Shown: positions 34,538-47,627, numbered from the stretch's first letter. The stretch is 64,000 bases of DNA from Selaginella moellendorffii (GCF_000143415.4 NW_003314264.1:3523229-3587228); one strand, 5' to 3'. Program-made: numbers and translations. Notes: generated by a model not told the origin, from the sequence alone.

Positions 34538-37411
34538 TCAACCGCAGCTTGCTTCCGCGTGTAGATTCGATATCAGAACATACGGCAGTGCATTCTCCGG
34601 ATCCAAGCGACGAATTCTATCGCCAGCTCGCGATGCTCGAGGTCCATCGCCATGGCTCTTGCAAGCGGCCAGATAAGTCGTCCAAGTTGCGGGATCACTC
34701 GACAATGCTTTGATATCCACCGGCATAACTCCGATCAGATCCTCGGCCTCCTGGAGCTGGCCAGTTCGTCCCATGAGATCCACCATGCAGACATAGTGAT
34801 CCTCCCTGGGACAGACGTTATAGTCGGCTCGCATGGAAGCAAAGTATTCCTGTGCTCGTCCAAGCAATCCGGCATGGCTGCAAGCCGAGAGGATGCTCAC
34901 GAAGGTGACGCTGCTGGGCTTGACCCCCTCGAGCTCCATGGCTTGGACGATCTCCAGAGCTCTCCTCCAGCCACCATTTTGAGCGAAAGCCGCGATCGCG
35001 ATGCTCCACGACACTTCCGTCCGGTGAGGCATGCTCTGGAAGAGCTTCCACGCTCGGCCCGGCGATCCACACTTGGCGTACATGTTCATCACGCTGTTGG
35101 CAACGATCGTCTGGAGCTCCATCCCCGATTCCGCGACGCAGGAGTGGATGATCTCGCAAGTTTTGAGGCTGGCCACCATGGACCCGGCCTCGAGGACGCT
35201 GAGCAGCGTCTTGGAGTTTGGCTTGACGGCCTCGAGGTCCATCTTCAGGAAGACGTTGATCGCTGCTCGCCAGTCTAAGTTGTGGACGAACCCGGCGATG
35301 AGCGCGTTCCAGGCCGCGACGTTCGTGCGGTGGTCCATTCGCTGGAAGATCTCGGTGGCTTTAGTCGTGTCCCCGGCTTGAGCGTAGGCCGAGATCATCG
35401 TCGTCCAGGTGATGGAAGTTCTGTGAGACATGGATTCGAAGAGCTCGCCTGCTTCTCTCGCCGCTCCAGCAATGGCGCAGGCCTGGAGCATCGCGTTGCA
35501 ACACACGGTGGTCTTCTCCGAGTCGGGCATCGATTCGAAGAGTCGCTTGGCGTCGAGGAACCGATCGCTCTGCGCGTAGGCTAAGATCATCACCGTACAG
35601 CACACAGCGCTGTGGTATTCGAGACACTTGAAAGCTCGGATCGCAGCATCGATTCTCCCGTTTTGAGCATACGCTGTGATGATGGTGATGACCGAGGAGA
35701 CTTCGCGCTTGGGGAGTTTCTGGAAGAGATTCTCCGCTTCGTGGAGGCGGCCGTTCTGGGCATACGCTTGGATCATCGCGTTCCACAAGAAAACGTTCCT
35801 CTGGGGAGCTCCGAGAAAGAATTCTTGAGCATTTTCTATCATCTCGCTGTCGGAGATGGCCGCCACCATGATTGTCCACACAACAACGTCGTGCTGCGGC
35901 ATTCTCTCAAACATCTCTCTCGCGAGATCAAAGCTCTTGTTCTGCGAGTAAGCGTGGACCATGGCTGTCCAGGAGATGATGTTCTTCCGCTCAAAGCGAT
36001 CAAACAGTGATTTCGCATCAAAGGCATACCCGTTTTGGGCATACGCTCCGATCATAGTCGTCCACGAGACAACGTCCCTCTTAGTCATGCGATCAAACAC
36101 AAGCTTCGCATTTTCAAGGTCGCCATTGAGGGAGTACGCCTGAAGCATCGCATTTTCGCAAGCTAGGCTCTTCCAAGGAAGAGACTCAAACAGGTTCTTG
36201 GCCTGTTCGATATGCCCGCCTTGGGCATACGCCGAAACCATTATAGTCCACGATACGGAATCCTGGAGTGGCATGGAATCAAAAAACTTTCTGGCTTCTT
36301 GAACATTTCCGCAAAGATTTTGGAGCTGAAGAGCGGAGTTTAGTGTCATCGAGCTGTGAGAAGGCATCCTTTCAAACAATTGCTTAGCGGGTTCTGCATG
36401 CCCGTGCTGGGCATACGCCTGGAACATCGCACTCCACGAGACAACGTTCTTATGCGGCATCAAATCAAAGCACCTCCTTGCTTTGTGAGGATCATCAAAC
36501 TCGCCATAGACTGTGATCATCGCCGTCCACGAGAAAACGTCGCGCTCCGGCATCGTGGAGAAGATCTCCTCGCATTGACCTACACCGGCATTTGCTTGGA
36601 GCATTGCGTTCCACGAGACAAGATTTCTATGGGGCATTCTCAGGAACACGCTGTAAGATTCTTGAAGATAGCCATTTTGGGCATAGCCAGCAGCAATAGC
36701 CGTCCACGAAATAAGATTTCTTTCTGGCATAGAGTCAAACAAAGACCTCGTTTTGTCAAGATGCCCAAAATGGGCATATGCTGTAAGCATAACAGACCAA
36801 GAAACATGGCTGTGCTCTGGCATATAATGGAATATCTCTTGAGCGAGATCTAAGTTATTGCTAGCAGAGGCTTGAATCAAAGTATTCCAGGACATGTAAT
36901 CCCTCTCGGGCATCATGTAGAACAAATCATTTGCTTCTTCCAAATGCCCTCTTTGGGCATATGCTGAAAGGAGAGAATTCCAGGTGACAGTGTCGCGCTC
37001 CGGCATTCTATCAAAAAGCCCTTTCGATTCACCCACAGCATTGTTTTGGATGCACGCAGTAATGATGATGTTCCAGGAGAAGGCGTTGCGGCGCTGGATC
37101 CTCGCGAATGCCGAGAAGCAATCGCGGAGGCAGCCACAGGTACCATACATTCGGACGAGGAGATTTCCCAGGAATGTGTCGCGTTCGGAGCCCATCACCT
37201 GGAGCTCGGCGTGGATTTGCCTTCCGCGGAGGAGATCCCTCGAGCTGCTGCATTGGCGGAGAATAGAGGCGAATGTAGCGTTGTTTGCTGGCGATTCTGG
37301 CGATTCGAGCCATGGCGGAGCTTGATATCTCAGAGAATTCGTGGAGGAGTAGCGCGCGACTCTCAGGCGACTGGGTTTTGGCGAATTCAAACGAATGCCG
37401 CATACGAGCAT
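34538..37411 (-). CDS. PLS-class PPR protein (957 aa) with a long run of 31-aa motifs and an E domain
   Basis: Repeated F..MP.R..VSW..M..AYAQ.G; ends with SACSHAG, HYVCMVDLMGR and YVLISNLH. Confidence 0.92.
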   Translation of the reverse strand: MLVCGIRLNSPKPSRLRVARYSSTNSLRYQAPPWLESPESPANNATFASILRQCSSSRDLLRGRQIHAELQVMGSERDTFLGNLLVRMYGTCGCLRDCFSAFARIQRRNAFSWNIIITACIQNNAVGESKGLFDRMPERDTVTWNSLLSAYAQRGHLEEANDLFYMMPERDYMSWNTLIQASASNNLDLAQEIFHYMPEHSHVSWSVMLTAYAHFGHLDKTRSLFDSMPERNLISWTAIAAGYAQNGYLQESYSVFLRMPHRNLVSWNAMLQANAGVGQCEEIFSTMPERDVFSWTAMITVYGEFDDPHKARRCFDLMPHKNVVSWSAMFQAYAQHGHAEPAKQLFERMPSHSSMTLNSALQLQNLCGNVQEARKFFDSMPLQDSVSWTIMVSAYAQGGHIEQAKNLFESLPWKSLACENAMLQAYSLNGDLENAKLVFDRMTKRDVVSWTTMIGAYAQNGYAFDAKSLFDRFERKNIISWTAMVHAYSQNKSFDLAREMFERMPQHDVVVWTIMVAAISDSEMIENAQEFFLGAPQRNVFLWNAMIQAYAQNGRLHEAENLFQKLPKREVSSVITIITAYAQNGRIDAAIRAFKCLEYHSAVCCTVMILAYAQSDRFLDAKRLFESMPDSEKTTVCCNAMLQACAIAGAAREAGELFESMSHRTSITWTTMISAYAQAGDTTKATEIFQRMDHRTNVAAWNALIAGFVHNLDWRAAINVFLKMDLEAVKPNSKTLLSVLEAGSMVASLKTCEIIHSCVAESGMELQTIVANSVMNMYAKCGSPGRAWKLFQSMPHRTEVSWSIAIAAFAQNGGWRRALEIVQAMELEGVKPSSVTFVSILSACSHAGLLGRAQEYFASMRADYNVCPREDHYVCMVDLMGRTGQLQEAEDLIGVMPVDIKALSSDPATWTTYLAACKSHGDGPRASRAGDRIRRLDPENALPYVLISNLHAEASCG

Positions 37412-37494
37412 TCAATATTTAGGGTTCTTGGCCATCGCGCGTCGCGCTTGCGAGGATGATCGTGCCGCTATCGATGGCGATGTGAAAGATTTCC

Positions 37495-39895
37495 ATGCGG
37501 AAGGCCGGGGCGACGAATGTAAGCGCTCTCTTGAACGCTTTGGATCGCATTTCACGCTTTTCTTGCTCAGTGGAGCAGCAGCACTCTTGATCTAGAGCAT
37601 TTCTTCTCGGGAGATACCCAGTATCCTGCCAGTTCTCATCGGGTGTGCTTGGCGAGGAGGAGGAGGAGCTCCTCGATTTCATGGAGCTCCAATTCGAGAG
37701 CTCCTTGCCCGGAATCCAGCCAAGGTTTCAGGTACTGCGACGACGGGCAGCTCGTGAGGGTAGAAAAGATTCTAGCTGCATTGAAGGTTTGCAGCAACTC
37801 CAAGGATCTCAAGCAGGGCAGGATCATTCACGCCGATGCCACTAGCAGTGGCGATATCTCCGACTTCTACGTTGCAAACAGCCTCATCAACATGTATGCG
37901 AAGTGTGGAAGCATGGCCGACGCTCGCCAGGTCTTTGACGCCATGAAAGCTCGCACCGCAGCTTCGTGGACCGCCTTGATGTTTGGCTATGCCGAGAACG
38001 GGCATCCGGAGCTAGCTCTGGAGCTTTTCCAGCGGATGATACAGCTCGACTACGCTCCAGATGCCAGGAGTTTGGTTGCTGCTGTCCAGGCGTGCATCAA
38101 AATGGCCGAGGCTGAAGATGGCAAGAGAGTTGGAGGTAAGAGCTTGAAGCTCCAAGCACTGGAGAACGGAATGGCGATTCACTATGAAGCTGCGAAGTTG
38201 GGTGGGATGGACACGGATATCTTCGTCGGGAACACGCTCGTCAACTTATATGCCAAGTGTGGGAGCATGGTGGAAGCTCGCAGGATCTTTGACAGGATTA
38301 AGTTCCACAATGTGGTGTCTTGGACGTCGCTGCTCATGGGATACGCCGAGAATGGGGAAGGGGAGCTGGTTCTAGCGCTCTTCTCTTCGATTCAAGAAGA
38401 ACGAGGGCCCTGCGCACCGAATGCTCGAACTTACGTCGCTGCTCTGAAAGCTTGCACGAATCTAGCCGAGGCCGAAGAGGGACAGCAGGTTGATGGAAGG
38501 ATTGTAAAGATGAGGAGCCTGGAAAAGGGTCTGGCATTGCACTCTCGAGCTGCAAAGCTCGGTTTCGTGGAGAACATGTACCTGGCCAGCACTCTGGTGG
38601 ACATGTATGCCAGATGTGGGAGCTTGCTCGATGCTCGAGAGGCGTTTGAGAGGATGCCAAATCGAGACGTGGTGTCTTGGAACGTTCTCATATTGCGATA
38701 CGTAGACAGTGGTGACGGAGAGCAGGCTTTGGAGTCGTTCGCTCGGATGAGCGGTCGAGCAGACTCGCTCAGCTGCGTTGCTGCCTTGAAAGCTTGCACA
38801 AACTTGGCTGATAGAGAAGAGAGCAGAGAACTGGATGGCAAGATGGTGAAGGTGAAAAGCCTGGAGAGGGGCATGGCAGTCTACTCGCTAGCAAGACGAA
38901 AAGGCTTCCATACGGACATCTTCGTAGCCAACACTACCATCGACATGTATGGGAAATGCAGGGTCACAGCTGACGCGCGCAAGGTGTTCGACAGGATGCC
39001 GCTCCGGACTCTGGTTTCCTACAACGCTCTGATGCTGGGATACGCAGAAAATCAGGAAGGGAAGCTCGGGTTAGATCTGCTGGCAGAAATGGATTCAGAC
39101 AGATCACTCTTGGAAGAACCAGATGGCCGGACTTTCGCTGCTGCTCTTAAGTCTTGCGGGAGTGAGGCATCGCTGCAAGCTGGAAAATACGTCCACGCTC
39201 GTGTCTGCAGCTCCAGCCTTGAGACGGATGCGGTTCTAGTTACATGCTTGCTTCACGCCTACGGAAAGTGTGGGAGTTTGGTCGACGCTCATCTGGTTTT
39301 TGACTCGGTTTCTGGGAGAGTGTTGGAAACTTGGACAGCGCTTATGGCAGGATACAGTCAGCTAGGAGACACGGAACAGGTATTCGATCTCTTTTATATG
39401 ATGCGAGACGAAGGCTTGCAGCCAGACGGAATAACTTTCGTCTGTCTTCTTACAGTTTGCAGCCATGGCGGCCTCGTGGAGACGGGAAAGAAGCTTTTCC
39501 GCGCAATGATATCGACATACAGGATTAAACCTTTCATCGAGCACTACCACTGCATGGTGGATATCCTGGGACGAGCCAACGAATTGGATGCCGCTCTAGC
39601 ATTGGTGGACGAGATGCCTTTTAAGCCGAGTGCCGTGACATGGATGACGGTCCTAGGTGCCTGCGTGAAGTGGAAAAATGTGGCGGTCGGGAGGATCGCA
39701 TTCGAGGCTCTGCTGGAAATCGACGAGAAGGATGCTGCGAGCTACATGCTTATGGCGGCCCTTTACCGCAGCACAGGAATGTGGAAAGAGCAGTCTGTGG
39801 TGGAAGAGATGAGAATGGCAGCACAGGCCTGGGCCAAGACGGGGCGTAGTTGGACGGATCAAGCTGGAATGGTTCATAAGTTCGTGCCGGATTGA
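37495..39895 (+). CDS. PLS-class PPR protein with E/E+ tail; probable exons 37495-37518 and 37571-39895
   Basis: MYAKCGS/VVSW motifs, HYHCMVDILGR and TGRSW. ATG 37495 joins the long ORF in frame through a 52-bp GTAAGC...CTCAG intron (start is inferred). Confidence 0.85.
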
Positions 39896-40949
39896 AGCGA
39901 AGCAGGAGAAGACCTTGTAATCCTCTAAACGCATGTTCAACAGCGACAGAGGTAAATCTCAGTTTGTTTCCTTATATCGACCTCTTTGACTAAAAGCTTT
40001 TTTTTGCAGAGCGTGCATTTGAGCAACGAATTGATTTGTTAGAGCCTCCCTGATGGTTGGAGCTCCAGAAACATTGCAAAGAGAGTGAAGGTAATGCGGG
40101 AGTGTTATATTATAATTAGATGATGATAAGTAGTTTAACGTGAGTCTCCATCATCACACTTTAATGTCTTGTTCTCCAGAACCAAACCATTCCCTTCCCA
40201 GTATATGTCCAAAGAGTTGAGGATGCTCCGAAGTACATAATGGAAGTTTTTCGATTCCAATTGCAATGTATGCTCTCTGTTATTTGACTATGTATTCACC
40301 AGGCCAATCTGTAATACCCAATGAATTAAAGCTGGTTTCATTTATGGTTCCAGATGAAATGGTTTTAGAGGTAAGCACATTACTACATTGAATAAGTAAA
40401 CTTCCTTGATTGGTAACTTGAAAAATACAAGAATCCCCTTAACTAGTGAATCTATTTAATATTTGTCTAGTGAAAGGTGCAATGGAAATGCATAATGTAC
40501 ATCTACCAGTTGCAGAGATAATTATTTTGATTATATAATACAAAATTGCAATCTATTTGTATAACAAGACTGTATTATTGGAAACCAATGCCTCATTAGA
40601 CAATGTTGTTGGAGCTGGAAAATGGATTTTCTGCAGATTGCAAGACTTTACAACATCACCTCCTTTTGGAAGGATGAAAGGCAATTAAGGCTTTCTAATT
40701 AATGAGCCAAAATCTGGAGGAACATCAAAAAGAGGCATTAGGTGGTGCAACTTGTTTTTGATCTTTTTATATTAAGTGCTTTAACTACTATGTATATACA
40801 ATTTCTAGAAGATTAGCCTATTGAATGTCATATAAAAACTCATAAACTTGTAATCCAACTTGGTGAAGTACTTAATACAATCCCTTTCACTAAATAAGGT
40901 GCCTTTTAAACAAACCATATATTATAAAATTGGGAAAGCAAATCAATAC

Positions 40950-42254
40950 CAAATTATCCATTTTGTACTTTGTAGGTGGATGATGATAGGAATTATAGTG
41001 TTATTGTTGTCCCACTTATACATAGCCCAAATATTTAGTAAACTCTAATATTCTCAAAACCTAACATTGGGCAGCTCGTAGCAATTTCAAAGATAAAGTC
41101 AACTTTGTTAGCAACATTAGATTATGACCATATAAAAATTTATATGGTAAAGCACTAATAAAACTTTGTACCCTTATAACATACATATACTAAAGAGACA
41201 ATGAATAACCATTTCAAGATAAATGTTGAAAGTTCATATATTTTGCAATCATCTATTTGAAAGTCTGAACAAGCTATTTTACCAACCCATCCATCTGTTA
41301 ATGACAAACACTCATGAAAGTGTGATGTATTATTAATTAAGATATTAAGATGTGAAATGCTTTAGCTATAAATGAAAGCTATTATATAAGAGAATTTGTT
41401 CCGTACAAAATTGTTAAAATACCACTTTATTGAGGAGAAAGTATCCAATAATACTTGCAGATACATTAGCAAAAACGCCACCTTCCACTTAATGAATCAA
41501 GTATTCAAAGACAATAATGACATACTTGTTGTAAGCAATAAACCGTGGAAAAACCCCCATTAAATCAAATGCTAATAACTAAAAAAAATGCAAAACTACA
41601 ATTGACTTTATCTGTCCTTTTGTAGTATGAGAGGGAGTATTATAAGCTTGGCACCAAACACTATATACTGGATAATATTATATTGCATCTTTAGCTAAAA
41701 GAAAGACTTATGTAGCTTCTCAATCACACGACAATGTCCCATGTGCCCACCTAGAATAATAAAGTTATAATAGGCATATAGAAAGTATGGAATAAAGATC
41801 GAAGCATCGCTAACTATGAATGATTATCAGGATCAGTCCCCACAAAATAAAGAAGGTCATTCTTAAAGCAATATTGAGAATGTAAATGTTAAAATGACAA
41901 GTCATTAGCAAGTGATGTAGAATTCTTAAACTCATCACAAAGCCTTCGGATCGACAACTTAACCTTTTATAAAGAGAAGGTAAATTTTATTCCATACTTT
42001 GTGGACACTAAATATCAAGTATAACAATAAAAATTTACTAAGATTGGAACAATAACTTTATCAAAAATAAAAGAAAAAAGAGAGAGGAGCTTAAAAAAAG
42101 GTATCAACATTAAATATAAAATTCCCTAAGTGATGAATAATTTTGAAATTATATATTTAATGCTTTAGAGTCTACCAAACAATACAACTAACCAAGTTTT
42201 TCTACTTCAATAATGAAGTAATTAGCTTGAGAACCATGTAAATATGCATGAAGT
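40950..42254 (-). pseudogene. Decayed gypsy RNase H-integrase remnant, same family as 22370-25020
   Basis: Reverse complement aligns with about 23300-24400 (e.g. aagtatgtcattattg; ggtgggcacatgggacattgt). Confidence 0.7.
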
Positions 42255-43315
42255 TGTCGTAAATATGACTTTGGGTATCGAAATTACCTGTCGGCCAGTC
42301 CTTACAGACACTCTTTCCTTACTGCTATGACAACAGGAGGTCAGTATTGCTAAACCTTTTATCAGTCCCTCTTGTGCTAGTGGAGTTAACTGGGCATTTC
42401 GAGTGTACTTAAACTGGACAAGCATAAAGACGAAATTCCTATGTACTATTAACTAAGCATACTTAACCTGGTAAAGAGTTCCCGTCTCGTTGTGTCTTGC
42501 ACTAGCTAGTGACAAGAACCCTCGCATATTAAGACTAATCCTTCAATATTGCTATATGATGGCTTATCGTGTCTGCTAAACATCTTCACTATCATGCCTT
42601 TTGTGTTAGTTTTATTCAACTCATTCACAATCTCCATAAGTCCAATTCAAGACTTAGAACTTGTTAACTTAGAAAATGGCATCAATGCCATTCAATCTTT
42701 GCACTTGGTCCAAGTGTTACATGTGTTCGATCTCATGACCGACACCCTAAGGTACCACTAACATATCCTAAGCCTCCCTTAGTACCAAGAGTTAGTCTCT
42801 GGGACAAGCTCGAAATTTACCAAATATAGAATGTCCCTAGATTGTGAATTTGAACACGGGATGAACACTATTGTGTTCAAGACAATCTCTACATTCCGTA
42901 TATATGCCAAATAAGCGAATTTAAACACTTTCCATAAATAATATTTGGGACCGGAATGAGACTAACACAAAAGGCACGATAGCAAGAGTGTTTAGCAAAC
43001 ATGGTAAGCTATTATATAATGATATTGAGGGATTAATCTCAATACGCGAGGGTTCTTGTCATTAGCCAGTGCAAGACATAATGAGATGGGAACTCCTTAC
43101 TGACTAAGTATGCTTAGCTAATAACACGTAGGAATTCCATCTTTATGCTCGTCCAGTCTAAGTACACTTGAAATGCCTAGTTAACTCCACTAGCACAAGA
43201 GGGACTGATAAAGGTCTAACAATACTGACCTCCTGCTGTCGTAGCAATAAAGAAAGAATGTCCATAAGGACTGACCGACAGGTAATTTTTGATACCTGAA
43301 ATCACATTTGCAACA
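42255..43315. repeat. LTR-derived inverted repeat (foldback): arms 42255-42617 and 42954-43315
   Basis: The arms are reverse complements of each other and homologous to the terminal ~360 bp of LTR-B. Ends are TG...CA. Confidence 0.85.
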
Positions 43316-43899
43316 AGTGAATAATAATCTAAACTATACATTATGTGGGCTATAAAAAGTTATATGAAAAGCCCGTATGAAAGAATTTGTGCACCAAAAT
43401 TAAAAAATACCATATAAAAATCTATAAATAATGCTAAAAAATATATTAAAAAATTATACTAAAAACTTACCACTTAGATAACTATATACCAATTTACACT
43501 TCATACAAAAAGCTATATAAAATCCAAATATCATATTTTTTAGTTTATTATGTCACATATAAAGTGTGTTGTGGCATTAATTAATTTCACTCCAGCTTTG
43601 TGAGAACAAATCATAAGTTACAAGTGAGAAAATAAAAAACTAATGTTACCTATTGGTATGGATTGGCACTCTTGACAGATAGTGGCAATACATGATAAAT
43701 GTTGATGATATGCTTGCTATAATATAAAATTATGAGAGAGAATTTATTTATCAAAACTTGATCTCTTCACTTGAGAAATTTTGAAAGTATTGAGTCAAAA
43801 GCAATAAATTTGTCCCAAAAACAAGCTTTTAGATATTGTTTTTCCTTTTTTTGTTTTCAAATAGTGATATGAAATGAAATGGCACCATCTTTATTATTA

Positions 43900-45660
43900 T
43901 TGTTGAACAAACCATTCAACAACAATCTTCTTTTATCTTATCATTTGCATTGGAAACATTTCATTTATCAACAATGAAGCAATTAAATAATGATCATAAA
44001 ATGCATTAACAATTTAAAATGTGTTCTTCTTTTTAGCAAGAAAGCCACTTTCATATCCTTCTCAATCTCAGGAACATAAATAGCTAATTTCCTTGAAAAC
44101 AAGCTCTCTATGTCCTTTTGTGTGAGATTGAAAGAAAATTATATATTTATCAAAATGTTATCCCACTTGTTTTTAGGTACACATAGAAGATGATAGAGGC
44201 TAACAAACTTCTGATAATTAATTTTGATGTTTTGGCAAGTCAAATAACCATGTACATACTTTTCAACATTTAACTTCATTCTAGGCCAAAAGAAATGCCT
44301 TTATATACATATCCTTTATACCCTTAGATGCCTAACACTTAACACATCATAACAATCAATTAATATTTATTTGATGAGTTTATAAACCACCATAAGTCTA
44401 TTCTTTATGCTCCATGCTTGTATTGGATATAATAGACATCTTCTATAGAAACTCTTGCTAATGAGTAAGGTGGCCTCAAAAATCATTTTGACAATTGAAA
44501 TATTGAACAGATTGATAGTCTGAATCCATATAGAAGTTTGATTCATATAGATAACATCATTATTCCTTCATAGTAGCAATCATGACATACAATTTCTTAT
44601 CTCAAGTAGGCTAATCTTGTTGTGTGGCATCAAATTTATAGCTTCATGTATAGCCAACTTGAACTAATATAGCCCCAATAGCAATATCACTTACATTTAT
44701 CTCGACTACAAGAGGCTACTTAGGATAAAACTCTAACCATACCAAAGAAATTATGGTGATTATGTATTGTTAAAGGTATATGTCAATCAACCATAACTTG
44801 GATTTTTGTAGAATTAATTCTCATACCATGCACTAAAATCAAATGCCTAAGATATCCAATCTCCTCTAAAAAAAACTTGGATTTGGATAATTTTGAGTAG
44901 AGCTTGTTGTCTTTCAAAAGTTGTAAAATGCTTCACACATACATTTTATATTCTTTCATTATACAGTTGAATATTAGAATATCATCAAAGTAATTGATTG
45001 CAAACTTCCTCAAGTGAAGTGTAAAACTTGATTCATCAACGCAGAAGCATTTGTTAAACTTTACCAAATACTTATAATGACTTGTCCTTGTCTAGAATGC
45101 CATCTTTGAGACATCCTCTAGTTTGATATAAATTTGATAATACCCTTGCCTCAAATTAATCTTTGTAAAATACTGAATACCACAAAAGCACTTACTACTA
45201 TCAATTTTAAGAGAAAGAGACTTCTCTTTGTTGTCTACATCAAGTCTATCTTATATGATGTGTGAAGCTTCAATTAATTCCCCTCTACAAGAATTGTGGT
45301 GACACAAAGATGGCCATGTGGACATAAATGATCAAGAAAATCATCAATACGAGGGATTGGGAAGATATTCTTCACTGTCTTATTATTTAATCCCTTGTAG
45401 TTTATATAAAAACACAATGTACCATCTTTCTTTTTGACCATCATTATTGAAACAGCCCAAAAAGACTTGTTTATTTGCTCTTCTAAAGGTATTTAACAAG
45501 CTATTTATTAATTTCCTCATCTTTAGGAGGACTAGTATGAGTAACTATCAATGATAAAGAGTAACTCCAAGAACTAAGTTAATCTTATGCTAAACCATCT
45601 GGCAACTCCAGAAAAATGTCATAAAACTCCTCATAAATGCAATTCACACAAGCCCTATAC
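43900..45660 (-). pseudogene. Decayed Ty3/gypsy RT-RNase H remnant
   Basis: Minus-strand WAVSIMMVKKKDG (about 45421-45460) and RKFAINYFDDILIF (about 44970-45010), with many stops. Confidence 0.7.
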
Positions 45661-45849
45661 CAACAAACATACTCCAACTCAAACAAAATTATATTAGAAA
45701 GAAACGAGTATACCATGAAAGAATTAACTATCTATGCATGCACTTCATTAATCCAAAGCATTGATCAATAGAGTATCAAACCACCACCTTCAATATGCAG
45801 AATATTACACTCCCAATCAATCCCTCATTTCCTGTCATAAACCCATTCC

Positions 45850-47440
45850 TTCCCAAGAATACATCATCATGGCTTTAGCAAGATCCCAAGAGTGCTATTA
45901 GTGTGGTCCTTTCCAATTCAAACAGCATCTCCTTCATCAGCTCCCCAGCCCAATGGTAAAGTGTTTGTCCCAAGAGATCGACAATGCTGCATAGTGGTCT
46001 CTGAGTGGAGCGATTGCATAGTTAGCAACCATGGATCTGAAGTAGGCTGTGAGAACACTGACAAAGGTAACCACGTTGGAGCAAATCCCACGGAGTTCCA
46101 TGGTTTTGTGGAACTTGAGCACTTGGAGTGTATGCCCAGTCTGAGCATTCGACAGCACCATGCTGTTCCAGGTGATCAAATCATGCTCTCTCATCCTTGC
46201 AAAAACCTCCATTGCTTGATCCACACGACCAAATTGCCATACATGCTGATGAAAGCATTTGGAGTTCTGATGTCCGACAAGAAAATCTTTCCTGGAATCG
46301 TGGAGTGGATCAACTTGCCCTGCGCAAGATCAGGGATGGCAGCACAGGGATTCAGTGACAGGACAGGTGGCGGCATCAGGAGAATCAGCTTGAGCAACCG
46401 GAGAGCTTGGTGAGCATCGCCGCTGCGAGCATTGGCACAGATCATCACGTTCCAAGAGACAACGTTTCGATCCAGCATCCGCTCGAACCAGATGCTGGCC
46501 ATCTCAAGATCACCAGCCTGATAGAATCCAACCAGCATCGACGTCCAGGAGTTTATGCACCACTGAGGGATTCTGAAGAACACTCGGCAAGGAATGTCCA
46601 GCTTCTTTGCGACCACGTATGCATGGAGGAGGCTATTCCAGCTTATGTGGTTCCTCTCGACCAGCTCCTCTCGGCGTCGAGCACGGCTTCGTCCTGAGCA
46701 AACGCATGGAGCATGGCGTTGCAGGACACCACATTGTGCTGTGGAGTTTTAGCGTGAGCCTAAATCATCACAGTCCATGACACTTCATCCTTTTCAGGGC
46801 TGTTCTTCATCACTGCTTGATCTAAGTCACCTTCTTGAGCATAGGCTGAGTTCCAGGACACGACATGGTGCTCGGGCATTCTGTCAAAGGCTTCACGAGC
46901 AGAGACAATCTGCCCATCCCGGGTATACGCCGAAACGATAGAGTTCCAGGACACCAAGCTGGTCATTGGCATCTTCTCAAAGAGAGACAAGCTTTCACAA
47001 AGGCGACCGAAGTTTGAAAACGCAAATGCCAGCGCCTTCCAAGATACCACGTCTCGTTCCGGAGACAAATCAAACAAGATCTTTGTTGGGTGCGGATGCC
47101 CGTAATGGGCAGTTTCTCCAAGAACAACGTTCCAAGAGACAGGATTCCACTGTGGCATGATATCAAGAATCTCTTTAGCTTGGGTGGTGCTGGAGGAGTG
47201 AGCAATGAGGAGAAAGCTCCAGGAGTAGATGTTCTTGACATGGATGGCCTGGAATGCGCTGCAAGCGTCGTCAACGTAGCCACATTTGCCATACATGTCC
47301 ACCGGCAAGTTTCCCAGGTACGTATCTCTCCGGAATTCATTGGAGGATGCGATCAAGCGGTGCAGCTGCTGGCCCTGGTGCAATCTTTGGATCTGGCACA
47401 AGTCTGGAGAAGAGTTGCAAGAGAGTTTCTAGTCAGTGTC
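45850..47440 (-). pseudogene. Frameshifted PLS-class PPR pseudogene
   Basis: PPR fragments spread over several frames (46760-47401, 46191-46616, 45937-46224), plus an ALLGSC* E-domain remnant. Confidence 0.8.
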
Positions 47441-47557
47441 TTGCTTCAAAGCATATAGTGGTCATACAAGGGAATTTTTTGCTTCTAGCCTTCCGTTACT
47501 TTGATGACGTGGCTGTATCAGAATAGAAGAACAGAAAAAATAATAAGAGTATTGGCA

Positions 47558-47627
47558 CGAATCTTCCAGATTTGTCAATAGAACTTACTAGAATCGACCA
47601 GATATCTGCCACTCTGCGAGGTATAAA
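47558..47627 (+). promoter_or_regulatory. Heat-shock-element-like repeats and TATA box of the sHSP gene
   Basis: cGAAtcTTCcaGAt (47558), aGAActTACtaGAA (47580) and TATAAA at 47622-47627. Confidence 0.65.

Noticed and set aside
40140-40900. Possible decayed coding sequence on the minus strand
   Set aside because: Short open stretches broken by stops; no recognisable family.
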